A stretch of DNA of 63,991 bases, counting the filler, from Dirinaria sp. TL-2023a (taxonomy: Eukaryota), in the NCBI GenBank assembly GCA_051941275.1. It is 3 parts of 3 records of this genome, joined end to end, with 100 filler letters (N's around TTAATTAATTAA, not from the genome) between each part and the next. Parts side by side here need not be neighbours in the genome. Positions count along the whole stretch, not along the records: positions 1 to 22,003 come from JAVEBF010000241.1; positions 22,104 to 44,088 come from JAVEBF010000242.1; 1 more part is not named here. One strand, 5' to 3'. The translations under genes were made by a program, and so were the position numbers. Within the stretch, counting starts at the first letter, position 1; the number at the start of each line of letters is the position of its first letter. Below the pieces are notes generated by a model that saw only the letters and a program-made list of their open reading frames with translations, had not been told where the DNA came from and did no database searches. Shown one piece after another: positions 14,801 through 28,100 of the stretch.

Positions 14801-15244
14801 TGATAGAGCATGGTGCAACAATCGATGCAAAGTCAAACGAGGCGGCTACGCCGCTCCTCTGCGCAGCTGAAGAAGAAAGCGTTGATAGCGTGAAGGTTCT
14901 ATTGCATGCAGGTGCCGATGTCGAAGCTGGAGACGACGACGATTATACACCACTTCACGCTGCAATTAGCAGACACGATACTGGCATTGTGCGCATGTTA
15001 CTCGAAGCTGGGGCCAACACTGAAAGAAAGAACAAAGCTGGTGACACAGCTATAGTACTCGCACATCGCGAAGGCAAGGATGTAAAAATTATAGACTTAG
15101 TTCAGGCTGCAGGGAAGCTGGCGAGATTTGGACGGAAGCGACGACACTTAGAAGGTCTTTTCAAAGCTCAGGTAAGTCTTTTCAACTGAAGAATGATGAC
15201 GGATATTCATTGTCACACAGGATTTTGGGAGATTTCTAAAATAA
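11855..15244 (+). CDS. Fungal NLR-like STAND protein: HeLo-like N-terminus + NACHT + ankyrin repeats
   Basis: N-terminus MDPLSLAFGVAGVLGL; Walker A GIQGSGKS; Walker B VYVVIDALDEC; MFLLAVL and RLVHYSVQEY NACHT motifs; about 8-9 ankyrin repeats (TPLIKAA, TALHCA, TALHWAA, TPLHAA). Introns 12619-12668, 13230-13457 and about 15172-15220. Confidence 0.9.
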
Positions 15245-18200
15245 AACATAAGGAGCGGGTTTTTGAACCCCTTCGTTAGTCATCAGCGCGATGGCTCAGC
15301 ATAGCAATATCAGTTATGCAGCATCCCATTTCCTTTGCAAAACAGCTTGGGCAAGATGCAGAAGAGCGCACTTTTGGAAATCAAACCTGCTCATCCGCCG
15401 CTTGGAACTCATGCTACCATAGTGGAAATACTTCCTATAGCCAGAAGCTGAGGGTTAACTTGGAGATTTTTTGCTAAGAGAGTACCCAATGAGGGAATAC
15501 TCGTGAGAAAAGCATTCCCAACGGGATCCTGTTTGTTTTTCCTTTCCCACTCTATTTCTGTTTTGGCAGGAACATGCTCGAATCTGCCCAACTATCGTGA
15601 GAAGTATTCACTTTAGGAATTATACTAGATGATCATAGCGAGATTCCGATAAGATGTGAAAACTTTCCGATTCGTCGTTAAAATAGCACGTTAACACACG
15701 AGCATATTGAGAATTTTGTCTCCTCGAACTCTCCGTTGTTGGATGAGTAAATCATGCCCACTGTCTACGCCAAGATTAGTATATTGCATTCTACGCTCAG
15801 GATCTTCAAAAGATTTTCACCGTCCTCGAAGCTAAGCCTCGACTTGTATCAGCTTTCGACACCGCTTCCTATAGGTTTTTAACGCACCTCGGCCTCAGAC
15901 TTCGCTTTCAGGTTGTTGGATTGATCGATCGACTACCCCTTGATGCTAAAGTTCACGTCTGCATCATTCTCGCTCAATAGTCCCCCCTGCTCTTGCCTTA
16001 TCGTCGAAGACACAGGCTGTGCACTGTATGGACTCTCGTAATTTGCGCTAGGACGAAAGGACTACAGCGTCTGTCAGACGGTTTACGCGATGCTGTTTGC
16101 GTTCTGAGGCGTAAAAAAGTGATAGGTTGGGGATTTACTTGGAAGTGCCTTTATAAGGAGAATATGGCCCACGCCGTTCATATCAAGCTTTTGAAGCTCT
16201 AGTGTTAGATATAAGCCGTGTGGATAGAAGAAATCAAGTTTTGAATTACATTCATGCTAAGATCTTGACTCATAGTTTCTATCTCGCCTCTGCAGTCGCG
16301 AAGTGCTATTCCCGCTGAGCCCCTGTGGATGTTCTCATGAACCTTCTATTTCACGGAGGCGGCCGTCTTCTTTCTTTCAAGCCACCTACTTAAATCCTTT
16401 CGTCAGTCCTACGCTCCAGACTGCAATCCTTGCTTTAGCTCGCATTGAACTTCCTCTCGGACCTTGGACCTGGAATCCAGAGAAGATCCTCCTTAACAAG
16501 CCAACGAAATTTCAAAAAGCATCAGTCATTCTCCCTCTGAACACCCTCCGTGGTTTACTCTGTAGCCTCTTAAGCAAGCCACACCGAGCTCCACCGACGA
16601 AGAAAGAGTAGATGAGAGTAGACAGAGCAGGGAATATCGAAATCCGATATGAGCAGCGTGGAGTAAGGTATTTCAAAACCCTAATGTATCGGACATATAA
16701 TTTGAGATGGTGATGAATGGTTTTCAAGGAGACTTCTGTTTTTTGTTTTTTAGATGATAGGATTCGGTCGTGATGATTTTATGAAAGTGGGACGTGGAAG
16801 AATTGGGAGACGGTGATGGTTGGTAGATAGATGATACTGAGAGGACTTTTTTTAGGAATGGAGTAGGAGTACCAAGTCCCGCTTCGAAATTAAGTCTCTC
16901 CGGGCTTTAGGCGCCGGGGCGAGTGCGGAGCCAATTCAGTTTTAGGGTATCTCTGACCCATACCTTAGGTAAGGTAAGGTACTTTAGCCTCTTCCTACCT
17001 TAAGGTACCTAAGGTATGCCATCCAGCGTGCAGATAGAGTTAGGGCTGTCACCTTAGCTTTGGGTGCCCGTGAACCTTGCACCACTCCATGCCCCCGGAT
17101 GGGGGCCTTCTGGCGCTTAGCATCCTCTAACCTCATTCAAGAGCTTATTCTATCAAGCTACCTCTTATTGTACGCCAGACCCATCTACTACAAGTATTGT
17201 CGTGCTCGCAATCTCATAGGTCATCGACAGCTTAGCTTTCTGACTCGGGAGACTTTTGAACAAGTAGAATACATACTGTATCTGCATACGTGGGCGGCTC
17301 AACGTGTGCGCGCCTCCCCCGCGATGCATAACGGAAATGAAAAGCTTCATGATTGCCACGGCCGCAGCCAGCGAACGCCAATCATGGCCTAACGGGTCAT
17401 TAGGCACTGCCTGATGCAGATTGCTTCTCCTACATAAGCGGCCGGTGAGGTGCTTGCTTGCGCGGAGTCAAATGCGAAAATGAGGCTACGATGAAGGCGA
17501 CAATCGAGCAGTAAGGGAGTGAGCATGGTATGTATGGGCTTCTTGCTATTTGTATGGTTACGAGCCTTCACAGCTCGTTTCATCTGTGCAGAGTCTCATT
17601 TGGTCCCGTGTCTTCGCATTCACCCGCGTTTCTTGCATAAACGCTCGTGCGTACACCTTTCAAAAGACTACTATGAGGCTCAAGCTGCTTCTTCTGATAA
17701 TAAAATTTAGGCGCATCTGTTCAAACATGGGTTGACACAGCATTTCTCACACGGAGATACATGCGTTCATGTACGGAATTCAAATGATAGGATGAAGAAA
17801 GGATTGCAGTCTCCTCTTATTGGTATGCCTGTTTATCCTCATTTTGATCCTTTATCCGAGCGGTCCGGGGCTAGTAGCCCTTACACACTAGATGAACCAC
17901 GGCTTCGCCCACACCTGCTCAGTCAGGACGATGGCCCTTGTTGCAGTTTGCAACGTAGCGACTAAGGGTATCATAGCTTGAATTCTGCTCAGAAACGCTC
18001 GGAGAGTAGTGTGCACAAGGCGATGACCGCGGTTATCAGAATGCAGTGAATGAAGTTTCTATGAATAACCTCTTTACTTCCTTTCCTTTTAGAAACAGAG
18101 CTCACTCTATTATTACTGGAAGCTGTTCGAGACGATTTGTGCCAAATGTATTTAACATCCTGTTAATAAGGACGATGCCTATGTATACAAGGTTGGATGA

Positions 18201-18602
18201 GACTCTCCTTCTCTTGCGTTGGGGTCCTGCTCTGACAGTTGCTTCAACCCATGCACCGTACACTTGTCGTACCTCTCAAAGGGGACGAATGGCAGCGTAG
18301 GTTTTTTTAATCCCCTCTTTTCAAGACGATTCCGTCACGTTTCCCTTAAAAGCTGCGAGTAGTTGCCTACGGTAGGATTCGCCTTGAACAGTGCCAACTT
18401 AATGTTATAGGTGCAACACCTTATGCAGGAGTACGCAAAGAGGCAAAAACGTTGCTGCGCTGAAAAGTACTTCGCCTTATGAGCTGCTCCGAAACGTTTC
18501 ATCGTGCCGTCAGGAAAAGATCCAATTCATTCATTTACCCCAGGGAAGAACATTTCGCAGGATTTCCCTCATTCCTAAACTCGGGATATCCTGGCATTCA
18601 CA

Positions 18603-20245
18603 ATGCCCTTACCATCCAGTCCCCGGTACTCAACACTTGAGCTAGCTCGTCATGATGCCTCTGCTGGAGCTCCGGAAAGAGACAATGCTGTCGTCGCGCC
18701 TGAGTATGCCAAAGAGCTCGACGCTCCACAAGTCTGTGAGTCATCGCGGCATGACATTTCTCTACTGACGTCAAGTGTAGGTCGCTTTTATATGTGACCC
18801 AGAGACATCGTATAACAGCGATTTGCCAGAGGCTGTAGTTCCTTCGGAAAATGAAGTCAAAACTCAAAGCATCAATCGTTCAGAATCCACTCCACATCAC
18901 TTGTCTCGAAGAACTCAATTTATCTCAGTTGTTCTTGCGGCGACTGTCGTTATTGGGATAGCACTCGGAGTTGGTCTTGGAGAAGGACTGAAACAAACAA
19001 GAGAAGGAGTGAAATAGAACAGCTCAAGCCCTACAAGCAATGTCACTGGGACCAACAATTCAAGGTAAAGTTACATCCATCAGTAATGCATATTGTATAG
19101 CTGGAACAGCACTGTTAAAGAGTAACAGATCACCTACCGCTGTTGAGCAAAGATTTTCAAAAAGCCAGATACTCGCAGATACATCTCTCGCATTTGTGGC
19201 ATCTTCAGATGATTCCCGTCGCCTCCTTTTCCAAGAACAGTCCGGAAAAATCAGAGTAGCGACCTATGATGCATCAACGCCGGTATGGAACGCGCATACG
19301 GACTCCATCTTGGCTTCTGATGCCAAAAATTACACGCCTATTGCAGCAGTAGCTGACATAATTTATTCTGCTTTAGATTCATCGGATCCCACCGTAGGTC
19401 CTCGGTAGATGGGTACGTCTACAAGACTAACTGAATAAAGCCCATAGTTTTCTATATATCTAAGGATAATACTCTTGTCTGCAAAGTACTTGGCGACATA
19501 CACTACACGTCGGATCAGAGTCAGCTTAACGATAAAATATGTTCAGCCGGTATCTTGGGCTTCACCGCTGCAGACTCTCGACATCTATCAGCAATGGTAG
19601 TTACAGAAAGTGATTCGTCACATGTGCTAGTAGTGTATGAATCTCAAAATAAGACACTCCTCACGCTAAATGGATCCTTCGACGGTAGCTGGACTTGGCA
19701 TTGGAGGAATTTGACTAACATATGGGAACCTCCGGGGAGCAGGCTTGAATTATGTGCTCCCTTTTCACTTTCTCCATATCCCTTCGGGAACGCGTTTTTC
19801 GCTTCCAGAGACGAAGCTGGACGGTACACTGATACAATGGTTCAAATACAGAGTTTTCGTGGCCACGGAATGAAGGGTTAGTCTCTATGATGATGGTACA
19901 GGATCTATCGCTAATACTTGTATTGTAGCCACTCAATCCTTGAATGGTTCATCACCCATATACGGTGATTTAGCGCCCTTTTTGTCCTTTGATAAACCAC
20001 TTGGAGGTGTATTATGAGTGAATGGTACAGACTTGGACTCTACAGAAATAGGAGACATTCTCCTTACTCACGATCACCGCCCATTATTTCCGTACGCAAG
20101 GCTCGCTGGCTTTCTCGATGAAACCTCCAACTCATCTCTTTATCACCAAATCAATAGCACAACTTTCGCCATCGACAATTGGGATGTTATGATCGAGGGG
20201 TGGACCAGGAAAACCATTCATGTAGACCGACCTTACACGAAATAG
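18603..20245 (+). pseudogene. Pseudogene of a type-II membrane protein with a fucose-lectin-like beta-propeller ectodomain
   Basis: TM segment VVLAATVVIGIALGVGLG; ectodomain ILADTSLAFV...RRLLFQEQSGKIR...DAKNYTPIAAV...FPYARLA...LYHQIN. In-frame TAG at 19015-19017 and TGA at 20015-20017 interrupt an otherwise spliceable frame. Confidence 0.6.
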
Positions 20246-22003
20246 TTATCGGCCTGCTGACTATCATTACGTCGAGAAACAAGGTTGACACCTGGGAGCG
20301 AAGATCGCTACGGAGGTGCAGAGCGATATACACACGGCGTCAAGAAGCAAGGATCTATTTATTATCATGACACAACCATATCTGGAGAAAACGATCAGCG
20401 AGATTTCGAATACATTAGATTATAGCTCGATTTACTTTCCATCTGTCAACTCCATCACCCATGGGTGCAGTTATTCTGTCACCAAATCTTCGCTGGGGAA
20501 GCGAGCAATGTCACACATACTAATACCAGCACAGCACTATCGAGTCTACTAGAATCTAGGTTGCAAGGAAGAAAGAAAATCATTACATACCACGAGCAGT
20601 CGAACCTTGACTCTACAAGAGCCTGGATATCGGCCAGATACAAACAAAAACCATTGCAAACATTGAAACTTCCTCAGCTCGTTTGAGTTTGCATGTGCGA
20701 CCGGTTTGAGAATTCAATATGAGTCAATGAACCGTCCTTTACAAAGATATTTCCCGCGTGGGTTTAAGTCATCAGACACGAACTACTGAGGTAGGGTGAG
20801 CATATTCATGAATATCTCAATGATCGATGACAAGACTGAATTGTCCCTCAAGAACAGCATGAGAGCATGAAAAGATGGAAGTATTATAACCAGTAGTATG
20901 ACATGGAAGTACTTTCGCCTGATTCTTCGCCGCAAGGATACACTGGAAACACATCTTTTTATATCCCATACATTAGCCTTCTCTCCACCAAAAAAAAAAA
21001 AAAAAAGATGATGAAGAAGAAAGGAAAATAGAAGATGAAGAGAAGGAAAAAAAAACTTTCCTTGTGAGCACAGAGAGATGAAATAGCATCTCATTGAAGA
21101 AGCAACTAGTAAAGGATTGAAGTGAGTTGTCTATTCGTTTCGAAAACTACCTTTTGATATACAGTAGGATATTTTGAATATGCTAGCTCCGTTTGATACT
21201 TCTTCTCCCTGGCCCCAACTATTTACTCGTTTTTTTTTTTCTTCTTTTTTTTGTTTTTATATCAGCTACGCCTACACGGCCAGTACTTCGAAGCCATATA
21301 TTTTCAAAACTGACATCGACAACATATATAAAGAACTAAATCTCATCATTCCCCCCTCCCCGGTGACGTATAACTACCTCCATCACATAACATCACCAGC
21401 AATCCGTAACCGCAGTACCACTACTATCCATCCTCTCCACCGACCCGACCCAACCCATCTACCTAGCCTAGCCTGGCCTAATTATCCCCGTACATGCATT
21501 CTAGATATCCTCTGCGCAACCTGGCTTTTTACTCGTTTTGTCCTTCCCTCCCCCTTACAAAAAGAAAATAAAATCTCAGATCCAAGAACCTCGAAGCACT
21601 GATACGATGCAAGATTATGGGTATATATCGTTTAAAACATATCACAATCGAGAATCGAAATTTTTTTTTCTTTTATATCAGCCTCTTCTAGATATAACTC
21701 ATGTCTTTTTTCTTTTTTTTTTTCTTTTTTTTTCCCCCTTTCGTATGGTGGTCAAGCGAAAAAAGTATTAGGATCCTACCCACTCCCCAAACAGACCCTC
21801 AGAGGGTGATAAAGCACGGAATACAAGCGCGGAACGCAATTATAATCTGATCATAAACAAGCACAAGTTTCCCACGGATCCTTTAATAGATCTCAATCCT
21901 CGAAACTCAAAATCTGCAGAATTGTAGAATAGAGTGATAATATAGCTAAAAAAAAAAATATCGAGTTTATTGTTCGAGCGGACGGGGGGTTGTTATGTGA
22001 TGG

Positions 22004-22103
22004 NNNNNNNNNNNNNNNNNNNNNNNNNNNNNNNNNNNNNNNNNNNNTTAATTAATTAANNNNNNNNNNNNNNNNNNNNNNNNNNNNNNNNNNNNNNNNN
22101 NNN
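22004..22103. other. Artificial contig-joining spacer (N44-TTAATTAATTAA-N44)
   Basis: Exactly 100 bp, with a six-frame stop linker flanked by N runs; identical to 44089-44188. Confidence 0.97.
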
Positions 22104-25100
22104 AATATAACGAACTCTTTCCCTAGATCCCTTGAGTACAATCATGGTCGTGCACTCGTGCTTACATGTACCCTTGAAGCTCGTTGAGACTGACGAATGA
22201 ACTTGAAAATTAATGATCCGAGTGCACCAAGTGGAGTTGTCATGCGGCTTCGAATGCTGTCGGAGATTCATCTGGATCGAGGCTATAAGGAAAAGCAGAG
22301 AGAACTGGGTGACAAGTCATGCCGAGGACTACTGAAGTATAGTTGCGGGTGAAGTGACTGGGAACAATGGAAGTGTGTTTATTTATTTGATTAAGGGTTT
22401 AGAGGAGGCATTGTTGGCATATGGTTTGTGAGAGACGGATATGGGTTAGAAATGATGTTGTCGATGATCGTTCCTTCTTCTTCGTAATTAATCTATATTA
22501 CTTCTATATCTGATGTAGTCTCGTTAATGAAGAAGCCTTCTACTTATCACCACAAACGCATTTCTATCAATTAAGTAAATTTATTAATCCGTACGCTTAC
22601 ATTTCGAAAAATCCAATAATAAACATAATCAACGATAAACGTATAAAAAAGTTTCGCAGGAAAACTAGCTCAGAGAGTAGATAAATGGTGCGAGAATATG
22701 ATAATGATGATTGGATAGAGAAACTCACTCCTTGATTTGAAAGATCGAGCGGGCTTGCCTAGCTATCAAGTTGTGATGGACGATGCGATCTTTCTAGTCA
22801 GTCTACACTGTCATCAAATCTTCGCTTTGCTATATGATATTAACAGATAATTTATACTCTATCTAACTGAATATACGCTCCGTGGTACACAAGCAGATCC
22901 GTCCGATATGCAACAATATATCTTAACTTTTCCCACGACGTTTTGAAAGCTTCATTGCTCGTGATATGTTCAAATTGAAATGGCATCTGATTTCGCTTTC
23001 TTGTGATTCGGTTAAGAAAGTTCGAACAGAGCTTCTTACGTCCTTTTTATGCAAGATTGATTCGTGCATGGTAAAGTCATACATTACTCCAGAGCGTTAT
23101 TCTAGACAGTGCCCTTCTAATGATGGTGATCCGTATACAGTATGGTAGAAACAACTCGACGAAGGGAAGCGGACATTTACGTTAATTCTACTTATCGTTG
23201 CCAGCTTTTCCACCGAGTTCGCTACTCTCCGGATTTCTTCTAATATTAAGAGGCCAATGTCAACGGCATCTTTCGGCTGTGATTTCGGAGCTGTAATTTT
23301 ATGGCCCTTTTTGGACTCCGCAATCATGAAGAGCGTTAGCTCTTTGTTGGTGAGGAGCGAAAGCTCTTTCAACTCCTCATACTCGTCACGCTTGGTTAGC
23401 TTTGGATCCTCAAGTCGCGTACACAACCAGTTTTCTTTCGAAGCGGAATCGTGAAGGGAGCATGCTGATTGATTGTAGATTGTAATGTTGTTGCTTAAGA
23501 ACATAAAAAGATGTGTAAGTTCTTTTCATACGATCATCTGTTTTAGATGTAAGACGAAACATTATGTTCGAAATACATCATTCCTCTTCAATCAGCGTTT
23601 TATAATGAAGGCTTTAAGATTTTGATTCCGGGGGGTTTTTTTTTCAGATCGTTTTATACGATTGTAAAACTGAGAATTCGTTGTGTTTTGAATGATCAAC
23701 GAGGGTTTTTGTTTAATGAAATTTTATTCATTAGACGATCTAAAACGTGACAGTCATACGCTGTAGAAGCTCAAGGAAGATTGCTACGTTGGTCTGCATG
23801 GATTTGGGAGATTGGACTGTTGACTGGAGATGTTTATGGGAGCAAATCCGCTCCTGTACAATTCTTGGGAAAAAATTTGTTGCCTTAACTCCTCTCTTCT
23901 TGACTAACGCTGCTGATTTATTTCTCCTCAGACCGAGAATTTAGGAACTTTCTCTCCTGCCACGCGGTGATAATTGGTAGTGGCGTATTTCTTCCAGGAA
24001 ATATCACTCCGGTTAATCACTCCAGATACCTCCTATCAGACTCTAATTTCAGGCATCGTCTCTCAAAACCTTGCCTGATATTTCGTCGTTGTATTCTTCT
24101 ATAATTAGATCAGATGTCTGTGCGAAATCAATCGCGTCAAGCTGTGAAATATTCAATTTTGCGTGTCGAAATCAACTAAGTATCACTATTTTCCAACAAG
24201 CTCTGATAGTTTCGTATCAATCCCTTCGGTTTGAAAGCCATGGAATCGAAATTCGAATAATACTTATCGTCGTAGCCGGCGCTGGTGATGTTACTTTACA
24301 CTACTCGAAGCCAATATATTTGCGGAGATTATTGTACTAACGAGGTATTCACGGGAGCCCTGACTGCCTCTTCCGGGGGTTTATAGTCTTTGCAACCGGG
24401 TATCTCCTATATTTGGAGTTATCTTTCACAACTCGGAAAAGGTGTTCTCTTTTTAAAGGTGTTTTTGGGCTTCTGTTCAGCGAGAACCAAAGAGAGACCA
24501 GTTTACCTTGATTGAGAATGTGATGGGATATCGGTGTCCATGTATACGACTGGCTCACCAGGACTCGGTACAACTTAGCGTTCGATATTTTTCGATCCGC
24601 TCGTTTGCCAGTTAATTCAGAACCGACCATGAATAGTTCAAGCGTATTTCGTTTAAAATAGGCTACGAATGCCAGGATATTAAATGTTAGGTCCTCCGCT
24701 CTTCGCTAAGCTCTTATATCATTGAATAGAATGGCGGCTGCTCTGATCAGCCTGTAAAGCTATATCTGTTACAAGGTTTTCTTGGTTGATAATAGTGAAG
24801 AGGATAGAAAACTGTCTTTGATCTCGGCAACAGAGAAGGCCGATTCAAAGAAGGGAGTCAAGCAGGATTTCAGAAATCATTGCTGAGAGATGTCTGATAA
24901 GACGTGTGATTCATCTTCTGATAATTTACGTCCTCTACATCGTAATTATTTGATTGCTAATTACAGCAGCTGAGTATAACTGCCCAAACTTCCGCACTTT
25001 ACCAGCAAATCCGTTATTATGAGCGGATGCTTCAATTCCTATCACTGTTGCGAAGGAGCTGGTTGCGCTTTTTGGCGGTAAAATGAATTGACAAATTTTG

Positions 25101-28100
25101 CTAGATTGAAAATAGCTGGGCATTGCAGTCAATGACAGTGGTGAGCGCTGCTTCGCTTCAATCATAATCATAAAAGAAAAAAACTCAATGTCAATAAGTC
25201 AGTGTATATTATATTGATTGCAACGCAATAGACGAATCATAAAACTCGTATCATAAATACTGTATAGAGAATGCAGTTTCGAACTTCATATGAAATGCTG
25301 ATTATCACGTAATAGGTTTGTCAAAAAAGGATTTAAAAAATTTGGTGCCATAACCATCAGGAAAGCAGTTTCGACCTTCTTAAGACGCCGTATGAGAAAA
25401 CTCTGCAGCTACTACACCTAGCGCGAGTCGCAATTTGTTCATGATCTGCCAGGTTACAATCAAGTTGCTGTAGTCGACTTCCAAGCCCATCCAGACTTGT
25501 ACCATTCTGGCGACGTTGAATGTTCCGAAAGCTTTTTCTTCTGACTGGCGAATATCATAGAATGAGGGTACATTTGCAGTTTTTTCGATGTCATCCTTCA
25601 TAATGACGAGTGTCATATTCAAATGTTTGTAGGTGGGGAAAAAGCGAAAGAGGTAGTCTGTCAGCGACAAATTAAATATTATAGGGCTATACTGAGAAGA
25701 ATATGTAAAACCGCATACTCAACACCCCTAACAACATTTCTTAGATAGGTTGACCAAAACGGTCTAGCTTCGAAACTAGTCACCTCAACACCACTAAGGG
25801 TAAATAGTGCCCACAAATGTTTTTCCATAGACTTTAGACAATACATGCTACATACACATACATAGGTGCCATTGACTTGTTGCCCCTACTAAATCTGACA
25901 GAATATCAGTCAGATCAACGGATTTGAAATCGCGCGATCGAGCCCATGGTTTTTATCAAATTATAATTAGAAATACCCGCTGAAAGTCTTCCAATTTAAT
26001 CAACTATGCGAAATATGGCGCAAAAAAGTCGTTTCAACTTGGTCAGGCTCAGACCATTGGATGGCTAGCTTCGACGATTCCAATTTTCCGTGTTCTTTAC
26101 GATGCTGCCATATGATTAATCAGCTCTACTTCTTCTCATGGTTTTCATAAATGTGGCGGTTGAAATCAATAAGTTGCTGATGTCTTCGAGGTCGAGATAT
26201 CAGTTCTGCTCGCTAGCGTCGCTGGTCCACGTTTAGAAGTTGAGCGTCTTAAAAGATCCTCGACAGAAAGGACTTCATCGCATCTCGAAATTGATCAACC
26301 GTCAAGAAATCGCTGGCGAACTTTTCCATGCTTGATGAATTCGTGGATTTATTTCTTCGAGAGGGCCGCATCCTCAGCTTGTGACTCGAGAGCGGCGATG
26401 GTGATCACGAATATTATCCTATAAAAGGTCAGGTCTTAGTATTTGGTGCTATGCTTAAAGTGATGATAGTTGAGTCAAGCTCTACCAATGCGTGCTAAGA
26501 GTATATAGTTTGGTTACGTGGGTCAATTCCATTTTCGCTGCCACAGCATTTTCTGCTTTAAGATATTTGTAAACTGTTTCCGGTCTTGGACATATTCGGC
26601 TTTTTTATGACGAAGCTCGTATATGTAAGTATATCGTGTTAAACAAGGCGTCGGAGGTCTTTCAGAGCACACTTTGATCGAAGTCACGAGAATGAAGGTT
26701 TATCATCATGACATTCAAGATCGTTCATTCCTCAAACGTGGTCTTTCAAATCTTTGATCATGACTTTCCTATTTTCAAGATCTTGAGGCGATTCTTCCAT
26801 AGAACTAGGGATCCAAGGACAGCTTCTATCCTTGTTCCCAATTGCTGTGGTTCAATCGTTTATTTGCTTGTGATCCGACTTTGACTCGTAGATTCTAGAA
26901 TTCGCCCTATGGACAGTTTACGCTGGTGAAGAGCAAGTCAGAAAGCAATCGAGCATAATAAAACTTGTATAAATTCTATGGAAGTTCACTTACTCGACCT
27001 TGCATTCGTCTCAAAAATCCCAAAATTCCCATATTCCAAGCTCGTCTTTCATGCTTTGCTCACGACTGTTCGAAAACATCGATCTTCAGCAATAAAGCTT
27101 TACAACAGGGACAAGATGATGATCTTTTCCGAGAATTTCAAATTCTTTTGAAGACATTTCTTTTACTTTTCCAACTTCGGATTTAAGAATCTGAAATCAT
27201 ATTCTAAGCTCAGTAATTTACGACCGTAACTTCCATAATAAAATCCGTATTAATAAGCTTTGCTCGAGTCCTCACGTTCGCTACCGAGATTCTATGCTTT
27301 GCAGCTTGATATGCTTCTGTGTTCCCCTGAGAGATAAATTTAAAGCTCCCAAGCTTCATTTTTCTCTTTGAGTTAAATTGATATGCCTTCATTGCGATAT
27401 ACTTATAATTAGCGAGTATTGAGATTTCGAATGAAGGTCGAAAAGAAACGCTGCTGAATTTCGCTAGCTTGACAATTATCTTCGTCTAGCTCGAATTCTG
27501 TTTTCAAATATCACGGAATGAGAAGCAAGATATTCGGATGAGATACAAGGTATTCAAGGGACATGTGACAAAAAAAAAGGAGGCCGGGAAAGAGGGAAAA
27601 ATCAGTTGAGAGGGAGAGAAAAGAAAGGAGCAGAAAGAATGGAATGCAATTCGTTCTCTTGAAAAAAGCTAACAGGCACCCTTCTTGATCAAAATGGAGA
27701 GATATGGCTTTCTAGGCTAAGTAGAAATACGATCGCTGCAGGATCGTATAAACCTTGGCCTTCGATCGATTGGAAAAGGAGGTCATACAAGTAGTTTAGG
27801 TCAATTGTGTCTTCGTTGAAGAGTTTTTGAACATATTAACAACATACCCAAGACCGACGATACTTGAATAATCGGCCTATTCTTGATCAAAAGTGATATT
27901 CGCTCATTCTGATCAAAGTGAATAAAGCACTTTCTCTTGTTAGAAATCAGCGTTCTACATTCAGTCTTCTCCCCTTAGTCAAAGGAAAACCAGGGATCTT
28001 ACCGGCTCGCTCGACGCTAGACAGCATTGTCAGATGATAGAGTTCGATTCCATGTTCCTCAAACACGACTGTCCATCTTCACAGAATTGATAGATCCGGG

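Noticed and set aside
15300..16730. Possible decayed minus-strand gene downstream of the NLR
   Set aside because: Many stops in all frames and no identifiable domain.
20990..21960. Short ORFs rich in F/K
   Set aside because: Produced by poly-T and poly-A tracts in low-complexity contig-end sequence.
22048..22059. TTAATTAATTAA palindrome as a biological site
   Set aside because: It is an assembly linker embedded in N runs.
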